A stretch of DNA of 32,000 bases from Staphylothermus hellenicus DSM 12710 (GTDB lineage: Archaea; Thermoproteota; Thermoprotei_A; Sulfolobales; Desulfurococcaceae). This document shows, one piece after another, positions 26,157-32,000 of this stretch. The translations under genes and the position numbers were made by a program. Positions within the stretch are counted from its first letter, which is position 1, and every line of letters starts with the position of its first letter. The notes beneath the pieces are model-generated. The model saw only the letters and a list, made by a program, of their open reading frames with translations, was not told where the DNA came from and did not search any database. The stretch is taken from positions 1,200,001 to 1,232,000 of the forward strand of contig NC_014205.1 of NCBI RefSeq assembly GCF_000092465.1, written 5' to 3'.

Positions 26157-26232
26157 ATTGGTTGCCGGGTTTCACGCTACAATGGATCATCATTTATCAG
26201 TCCGCCCGTCGTAGACATCCCCGGCAACCAAT
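26157..26232 (-). ncRNA. Candidate structured sRNA: 13-bp stem hairpin capped by a canonical C'/D'-type K-loop
   Basis: Perfect stem attggttgccggg/cccggcaaccaat. Minus-sense apex GGA-CUGA-UAA-AUGAUGA-UCC, inner stem CUAC/GUAG. TATA-like aatatttaa ends about 23 nt upstream (minus sense). The outer C/D boxes are not convincing. Confidence 0.35.
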
Positions 26233-26277
26233 AAATAATATACCTTATTAGGGAGTGTTAAATATTGGTGGTAATGT

Positions 26278-27102
26278 ATGACTAGTGGTTTGATCGTGTT
26301 ATTAACTGATTTCGGCCTAAAAGATCCTTATGTGGGGGTTATGAAGGGAGTTATAAAAAGTATTAATTCAGAAGCTGAAATAATTGATCTAACTCATATG
26401 GTTAGAAGACAGGATACTTATGAAGCTGCAATAATATTGCTTGTTTCAGCAAAGTATTTTCCGGAAAAAACAATTTTTGTCTGCGTAGTTGATCCTGGAG
26501 TTGGTGGCTCGAGGAAAGCATTGCTCATAGAGACAAATCATTATTATCTCATAGGACCCGATAATGGATGCTTATCTCTACTTGCACAAAATGATGGGGT
26601 TAAAGCAGTATATGATGTTTCAGAGTCAAAGTATAGGCTTAGAAGGATCTCGTATACTTTTCATGGAAGAGACGTATTTGCACCAATTGCTGCATGGTTA
26701 TCTAGGGGAATAAAACCAGAAGAACTAGGTGTAAGGATTAGCTTTGAAGATATGGTAAAATATGATTTAATAAGACCAGAAATAACTGAGAACACTGTGC
26801 GCGGCTCAGTTATATATATTGATGTTTTTGGAAACATAATGACAAATATATCTATGGATTACATTGATAAAATAAACCTCTCCTACGGCGAGAAACTCCG
26901 TGTCAAAATAGATGATAAAGAATTAGTATGTCCATTTGTTCCAAGTTTCAGCTATGTCGGATTAGGGGAGCCTGCATGTTATATTAACTCATGGGATTAT
27001 TTTGAGATAGGAATTAATCATGGAAATGCCGCTGAAAAATACGGTATTGAAAAGGGAGCTAGAATATTTATAACCAGAGAACAGTTGAAAAGCAAAAACT
27101 AG
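26278..27102 (+). CDS. S-adenosyl-L-methionine hydrolase / SAM hydroxide adenosyltransferase family (DUF62)
   Basis: 274 aa. N-terminal LLTDFGLKDPYVGVMKGVI, VVDPGVGG, GPDNG and TFHGRDVFAP are hallmark blocks of the DUF62 (fluorinase/chlorinase-like) family. Confidence 0.85.
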   Translation: MTSGLIVLLTDFGLKDPYVGVMKGVIKSINSEAEIIDLTHMVRRQDTYEAAIILLVSAKYFPEKTIFVCVVDPGVGGSRKALLIETNHYYLIGPDNGCLSLLAQNDGVKAVYDVSESKYRLRRISYTFHGRDVFAPIAAWLSRGIKPEELGVRISFEDMVKYDLIRPEITENTVRGSVIYIDVFGNIMTNISMDYIDKINLSYGEKLRVKIDDKELVCPFVPSFSYVGLGEPACYINSWDYFEIGINHGNAAEKYGIEKGARIFITREQLKSKN

Positions 27103-27209
27103 TTTGATAGTAATCAGTACTCAAGACCTAATTCATCGGTAAAAACCCTCATATCTCCCGAGCTCATCATATATGAATTAATTAGTGTATCAATGCTTAG
27201 CCAAATATT

Positions 27210-27833
27210 TTAATAACCAACCCTGTATGGGCATATCTTGTGGAAATAACAATATTTACATTCCCATTCCCATTTTGGATGCACTCTATCCTCTATAACC
27301 ATTTTGATAAGAGATTTTATATCGATTTTCTCCTTTCTAACATAGAACTCTAGTAACCTATCCGGTGTTATATAGATTAGTATACCTTTATCAGCATTTA
27401 AGATGTTGAGATACACTTGTAATTGATAAACATGATGCTCTCTAGGTAGATTCTGCGTTGACCTACTAGTTTTAATTTCAACTACAACGCCTTTCTCCTC
27501 ATTATAAGCATCAACGCGGCCCTTAAGAACATATTCCTTACCCTTTACCTTATATTTACGTTCAACAGGATATTCTGTTTTAAAACCTCTATTCTCCAAA
27601 ATACTTTCTAGCCCAGAATGCACCAGATCCCCTAGTATAGCCGCTGGTTCAAACCTAATAGTTAGCTCTGGAAATAAATGGCGTAAATGGTATTTATGAG
27701 TGCATGCAACAAGATCTGTTACAAATATTATACTTGGATCCTTTGATTCCTCAAGTTTCTCATATACTTCCTTCATATACTCACTATATATGATTGAGAG
27801 TATTTCCTGCGAAGACCTGTATTGTTGAAGCAA
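27210..27833 (-). CDS. Cas4-like PD-(D/E)XK nuclease with 4-Cys cluster (stand-alone)
   Basis: 207 aa. N-terminal Cys (LVACTHKY), GDLVH, GRVDAY...VVVEIKTS (D...E-x-K), YQLQVYL, and C-terminal CKYCYFHKIC. This is the DUF83/Cas4 motif order. No cas genes or repeats nearby. Confidence 0.75.
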   Translation of the reverse strand: MLQQYRSSQEILSIIYSEYMKEVYEKLEESKDPSIIFVTDLVACTHKYHLRHLFPELTIRFEPAAILGDLVHSGLESILENRGFKTEYPVERKYKVKGKEYVLKGRVDAYNEEKGVVVEIKTSRSTQNLPREHHVYQLQVYLNILNADKGILIYITPDRLLEFYVRKEKIDIKSLIKMVIEDRVHPKWEWECKYCYFHKICPYRVGY

Positions 27834-27836
27834 GAC

Positions 27837-28295
27837 TTAAACCTCGCTTAAAGGTATTAAGCTATCATATAATTTGTTCTTCTTAATTAATAATTTTAAA
27901 TAATTTATAAAACGTTTAGTAGAAGGAGTAAGTGGTTTGGGAAGATTATCTAATGGATAAAATCGAGCTTGTAAAGCATCGGATGAAGCCTTCGGTTCTA
28001 CCATATACTTAGTATCCATTAGTACATCTATGAGAACGAAGTGATACCTAGAACTATTACTGGGGAGGATCTCGTCTACATAAATTATTCCAAGGGGTCT
28101 AGCATTAATACCTGTCTCTTCGAGTAATTCCCTATGAGCAGCTTCTCCGATTGATTCCCCATACTCTAAGTGTCCGCCCGGTATGGACCAGCATCCTCTG
28201 CATGGTTCGTTTCCTCTCTTTACAAGCAGTATTTTATCACCTACTAATACAACAGCCCCCACGCCAACTACTGCTCTACGAGTCATCGAAATCAT
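27837..28295 (-). CDS. NUDIX hydrolase
   Basis: Nudix box GGHLEYGESIGEAAHRELLEETGI (GX5EX7REUXEEXGU). 152 aa. Confidence 0.9.
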   Translation of the reverse strand: MISMTRRAVVGVGAVVLVGDKILLVKRGNEPCRGCWSIPGGHLEYGESIGEAAHRELLEETGINARPLGIIYVDEILPSNSSRYHFVLIDVLMDTKYMVEPKASSDALQARFYPLDNLPKPLTPSTKRFINYLKLLIKKNKLYDSLIPLSEV

Positions 28296-28845
28296 CTCTG
28301 CATTTTTGTGTCTCTAAACAAAGCTCTAAATATGTTTTATTAACAGGTTGTAAACATTCGGATAAACTAGAATATATATTTTCTATAATAGATCGATTAT
28401 TTGTCTCAACCTCCATGAATCTTCCTAATCCATAAACATGATCTATTGTGACCTCAACGTCTTTTTTCCTATAAATAATTCTTTCTTTAACGAATGAGGC
28501 AACTCTCTGGAAGCCGAGGCTGAGCAGGATTTTATCCATTTTTCTCCAATTATTCAATTCCACCTCTATTTCTTTTCTCGCCTTTACACCTTCTGCTAAA
28601 ATTTTCCTGGAACCCTTATATGTTAAAACGATCTTTACAATTCCTTGTCCTATGTATTTTCTAATCCTAACCCTTAACGCTTCATCTGTTCGGGAAAAAT
28701 CTCTGCAGGGATGATTATAGTATATATCCTTTTCGACAACTCTGTATTTTTCTTTGAAACCATTTTCTTCGAGAAAATAATTGATTTTGCGAATATTGTT
28801 ACATGTTATTCTATATTTTCCCTCAACTTCCACATAGTTATTCAT
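28276..28845 (-). CDS. CYTH domain protein (class IV adenylate cyclase / triphosphate tunnel metalloenzyme family)
   Basis: N-terminal ExExK (VEVEGKY), EKDIYYNHP, EALRVRI, LTYKG, KARKEIEVEL, VKERIIYR and IDHVYGLGRFMEVE. This is the CyaB/CYTH block order. Confidence 0.8.
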   Translation of the reverse strand: MNNYVEVEGKYRITCNNIRKINYFLEENGFKEKYRVVEKDIYYNHPCRDFSRTDEALRVRIRKYIGQGIVKIVLTYKGSRKILAEGVKARKEIEVELNNWRKMDKILLSLGFQRVASFVKERIIYRKKDVEVTIDHVYGLGRFMEVETNNRSIIENIYSSLSECLQPVNKTYLELCLETQKCRDDFDDS

Positions 28846-29896
28846 GTCTCTGTCTCCACAGCTTAGTTATTGTATTAAAGATTTTTTCAGCTATCATTAA
28901 GTTATATGATGATGTTTTATTATTAGTTATAGTCTTACCATATTGTTTTTCAATACTAAGCAGTCCATTGAGAAATGCAGGTATTCCTTCTATTAGTCCT
29001 AAACTATATCCTCCTTCTAAAACAATGATTACTGGAACATCTATTTTTGAAAGCTTCCAACCTATATAATAATATGAATACTGCGACAAATCTAGATCAG
29101 CTAATCCATCATTCTTATAACCATCAAATCCAGCGGATACAACCAGTGCTTCGGGACCATATAATTGTATAAGCTTAAAAGCGTAATCAACTATTTGAAC
29201 ATATGAATCATCACCAGTATGTGGTAGAACTATGAAGTTAGCAGAATATCCTCTTCCCTTACCTATGCCTATATCTTCTGGAAAACCAGTAAAGGGGTAA
29301 AAGTCGTGGGGATTTCTATGAATATCTATGTGTAAAACATCTTTGTTCTTATAGAATATTTCCTGCGCCCCATTACCATGGTGCACATCTATATCCAGTA
29401 TAGCTACTCTGTTAAAACCTCTATCTTTAAATCCAAGGACAGCAGCTGCAGCATTATTGAATATGCAGAATCCCAGAGTTGACGCATTAAATGCTTTTCC
29501 ACATCTACCCGCATGATGCCCAGGAGGCCTTATTACTAGAAATATTTTTTCTTGTTCCCTAATAGATAACCCTGTCTTATATGATAGATCAAACGTTTCC
29601 ATAGCTAATTCGTAGCTGGTCTCGCTAAAATACGTATCAGGATCAATTTCGCATGGAGCATTATTTCGGCATTTCATAATGTATTCTATATAATTTCTAC
29701 AATGAACACGTTCAAGAACATGTAGAACCTCTTTCTCATTATAACTATGATTAACAAGTTCAACATAATCAGTTAATCCATTCTTCTTGATTCCATCAAT
29801 AATATACTTAATCCTTTCAGGCTTCTCTGGATGTTCGAACCAAGGACTATGTTTTCTCAACGAATTAGCTTCAATAATAATTCTGAGTTTAACCAA
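28838..29896 (-). CDS. Zn-dependent histone deacetylase family protein (AcuC / acetylpolyamine amidohydrolase-like)
   Basis: RPPGHHAG, FCIFNNAA, DIDVHHGNGAQEIF, SAGFDGY, EGGY. 352 aa. Confidence 0.9.
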   Translation of the reverse strand: MVKLRIIIEANSLRKHSPWFEHPEKPERIKYIIDGIKKNGLTDYVELVNHSYNEKEVLHVLERVHCRNYIEYIMKCRNNAPCEIDPDTYFSETSYELAMETFDLSYKTGLSIREQEKIFLVIRPPGHHAGRCGKAFNASTLGFCIFNNAAAAVLGFKDRGFNRVAILDIDVHHGNGAQEIFYKNKDVLHIDIHRNPHDFYPFTGFPEDIGIGKGRGYSANFIVLPHTGDDSYVQIVDYAFKLIQLYGPEALVVSAGFDGYKNDGLADLDLSQYSYYYIGWKLSKIDVPVIIVLEGGYSLGLIEGIPAFLNGLLSIEKQYGKTITNNKTSSYNLMIAEKIFNTITKLWRQRHE

Positions 29897-30021
29897 AAAT
29901 AATCACCAGCTAGATAATAATCACGGATTATTCATTAATCAATATAATAGTTCTGAATATATTAAAGTATAACAATTAAGGAAAGATTATGGAACTCAGT
30001 AAGTGAAATAGAATATTTGTA

Positions 30022-31050
30022 TTATATATAGAATTCAGCTTCTCTCAACTTATAGATTAGCTCCTTCTTATCGGGATCTTTCTTAATCTTTACTATGGCC
30101 AGATTTGGGTGGCCGGCAATATCTAGTGCTATTCCCTCGCCTATAAGGAACTTTGCAATCCTATATGCTTTACCCCTTGGAGCCTTAATTATTAGTAATG
30201 AATAGTTCTTGTTTGTATCAACTAATACTGCAACAGGTGCTTTTAAAATAGACGATATCTTGGATGCTAATGCTGTTCCTCCACGGTGCTTCCACTCGTT
30301 ACGTGCATCAATAAATCTCAGCTCCCCAATTTTTACAGCGCTCAAAGCTAGATCAAGTGCTTTCTCCTTTATTTCCCTATCCCTTGTTTCAATTACCTTC
30401 TTCACTTTCTTCATAACCTCTTCGTTTAGAGGCATTGGTAGTGGGGATGGCGAGGCAAGCCAATCAACAATTTTAACCCAGAGATTCTCATCTCTTATCG
30501 CTGTTAAGGCTTTTGAGAACATTGATGTTATCTGGAACAGTTTTAGATATTTTTGTGGAACTTTTCTACCACTATCCATATACTTGACTACTTCAACAAA
30601 CGATTTAAGCCTAAGATGTATTGATATCCCGTTTTCCTCTAATAATTTTTCAACGATTCCCGCAGTAGGCATTTTGTGATCTATTATTAATTCATCAACT
30701 ACATCTTTAAGCTTCTCTTCATTTGTTAGAGTGGATAAGTGGTGATCAATATACATTATCTTCTTTACTCCAAAATGTTGCTTAATTATTTTTAGGACAC
30801 GTGGCACAGTATCGGTATATGGCAGATCTAAGAGAACTACTAGATCATAGTTTCCTCTGAAACTTCCAATTATGAACTTCAGCTTTTCCGGATCAACGGG
30901 TCTCTTATCAATAATAGCTTTTGTTTTCAACGGATACATACCTAGTTTTTCCTGTGAATAAACTATTAATGCTGCAGCAACAACTCCATCAGCATCCCAG
31001 TCTCCGCCAACAAATACTCTAGCAATATTCTTCTTACTTGTCTTCGTCAA
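30022..31050 (-). CDS. DHH-family phosphoesterase (RecJ-like / nanoRNase-like)
   Basis: Motif I VGGDWDADGV, motif II VVLLDLPY, motif III MYIDHHLS, and a DHHA1-like AGHP near the C-terminus. 342 aa. Confidence 0.75.
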   Translation of the reverse strand: MTKTSKKNIARVFVGGDWDADGVVAAALIVYSQEKLGMYPLKTKAIIDKRPVDPEKLKFIIGSFRGNYDLVVLLDLPYTDTVPRVLKIIKQHFGVKKIMYIDHHLSTLTNEEKLKDVVDELIIDHKMPTAGIVEKLLEENGISIHLRLKSFVEVVKYMDSGRKVPQKYLKLFQITSMFSKALTAIRDENLWVKIVDWLASPSPLPMPLNEEVMKKVKKVIETRDREIKEKALDLALSAVKIGELRFIDARNEWKHRGGTALASKISSILKAPVAVLVDTNKNYSLLIIKAPRGKAYRIAKFLIGEGIALDIAGHPNLAIVKIKKDPDKKELIYKLREAEFYI

Positions 31051-31094
31051 TGGTGGTCGCCTTCCACTATTATTTATGGCTTGAACTTAGTTCG

Positions 31095-31610
31095 TTATCC
31101 TGTATTTTTTGTATCTATATTTATTTTCCTACTTTTATACTCTTTACCCACATCTATAGATACTTGTCCAATAGTAAATACTGCTATTATTAATAGGAGT
31201 GTTTTAAATAGTGGTGATAGGTCTACATAATAGTAAATATTATATTGTGTAATATAACCGCTAAATTCTCCAAAGTTGAACGACAATAATACAATGTATA
31301 GCATTAATAAACCCAGCATAGTATTGATAGCTCTACCAAAGGGTATATGTCTTACTAGGAAAGCACCCATAATCGATAATACCATGAACATTAACAAGAT
31401 ATTTATGTTAATCAATTTAAAGCTAATAATCGAATTTATATTGAAACCCTTCAATCCACTAGCTCCCATGAAAAACGGTATAACATAATATACTATTATG
31501 CCAAACAAGACAACATAGTATACTGTATAGTATAGTAATCCTTTAACTACACCTATCAGTATAGTTTTTAATATCTCTCTAGATGTTAAAGGTTTTGTAG
31601 TATATGTCAT
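31095..31610 (-). CDS. Polytopic membrane protein (hypothetical)
   Basis: 171 aa with about 5 hydrophobic spans. Starts 3 nt after the upstream ORF stop. Confidence 0.6.
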   Translation of the reverse strand: MTYTTKPLTSREILKTILIGVVKGLLYYTVYYVVLFGIIVYYVIPFFMGASGLKGFNINSIISFKLININILLMFMVLSIMGAFLVRHIPFGRAINTMLGLLMLYIVLLSFNFGEFSGYITQYNIYYYVDLSPLFKTLLLIIAVFTIGQVSIDVGKEYKSRKINIDTKNTG

Positions 31611-31613
31611 ATT

Positions 31614-31970
31614 TTAACCTCCCAACGTAAATAATGCGATTCTATTCCCGTAGACAGAGAACTCAATATATCTAATACTTCCTGGATCAATGCCTGTAAT
31701 ATCTAAGGATACAGTGTATTTATTGTTTGGAGATACATAGAAATCGTCGTAGACCTTACTAGCTAAAACGTTCCCGTCTTGATCCATTAATGCTATTTTG
31801 ACCGGGGCACTTACTATATTACTTGTTGAAGAAACATTGAATACTAGATAATTTCTTCCCCGATATTTTTCAACTTGTATTTTCTCGATCAACAATTTTG
31901 TTTGGCCTAGTAAGGAAGATACGTTAACTGCCTCCTGCACTATTTTTATTTTACCTATACCAGTATCCAT
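31614..31970 (-). CDS. Hypothetical protein (beta-rich); start uncertain
   Basis: 118-aa ORF from the Met at 31970. The same frame stays open (LGEKLYLSVI-M...) to the right window edge, so the gene may start outside the window. Confidence 0.5.
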   Translation of the reverse strand: MDTGIGKIKIVQEAVNVSSLLGQTKLLIEKIQVEKYRGRNYLVFNVSSTSNIVSAPVKIALMDQDGNVLASKVYDDFYVSPNNKYTVSLDITGIDPGSIRYIEFSVYGNRIALFTLGG

Positions 31971-32000
31971 TATAACTGATAAATACAGTTTTTCGCCAAG

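Noticed and set aside
26157-26232. Hairpin B as an H/ACA pseudouridylation guide
   Set aside because: The lower stem is 13 bp, so the pocket-to-3'-box distance would be about 20 nt instead of about 14-15. The 3' flank reads AAUAAAAC with no ACA.
27210-27833. The Cas4-like nuclease as evidence of a CRISPR-Cas locus
   Set aside because: There is no repeat array and no cas1, cas2 or effector genes anywhere in the 32 kb. Stand-alone Cas4-like/DUF83 nucleases are common in archaea.
1-32000. Search for CRISPR arrays, IS elements with terminal inverted repeats, integrases, or tandem repeats
   Set aside because: None were seen by eye. The only long repeat family is the two-copy structured element reported above.

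Overview
This is an AT-rich, densely coded archaeal chromosomal window. S25e, CTP-type riboflavin kinase, tungsten AOR, GC-rich tRNAs in an AT-rich background and BRE/TATA-like promoters point to a hyperthermophilic crenarchaeote of the Desulfurococcales type; that placement is inference only. I support about 36 CDS, 2 tRNAs, 1 pseudogene and several candidate ncRNAs. I saw no CRISPR array, transposase or integrase.

Layout from left to right:
- 1-4356 (-): cell-surface operon with a pilin-like protein. An edge-truncated secreted ORF at 1-510 is missing from the ORF track.
- 4520-9452: rps25e, a membrane protein, tRNA-Gly, gamma-glutamyltranspeptidase, a TauE-like exporter and an aldo/keto reductase.
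- 9752-17684: a MoxR / DUF58 / 2x VWA locus split over three transcription units, with an embedded degenerate ABC-like module.
- 17681-18395 (-): a dUTPase gene destroyed by an in-frame TGA and a precise 223-bp insertion.
- 18541-23683: an anchored surface glycoprotein, a KaiC-like ATPase, ribK and aor.
- 24146-27102: two hypothetical genes, tRNA-Ile, two kink-turn-type RNA candidates and a DUF62 SAM hydrolase.
- 27210-31050 (-): a tightly coupled deacetylase-CYTH-Nudix-Cas4-like operon, with a DHH phosphoesterase upstream.

The most interesting signal is the 223-bp insert in dut. It is one of two same-orientation paralogous copies (17819-18041 and 23777-24015) of a GC-rich, highly structured element. 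Its helices covary between the copies, and it carries a conserved kink-turn-like loop and a conserved BRE/TATA-like box. I cannot assign it to any RNA or mobile-element family I know.
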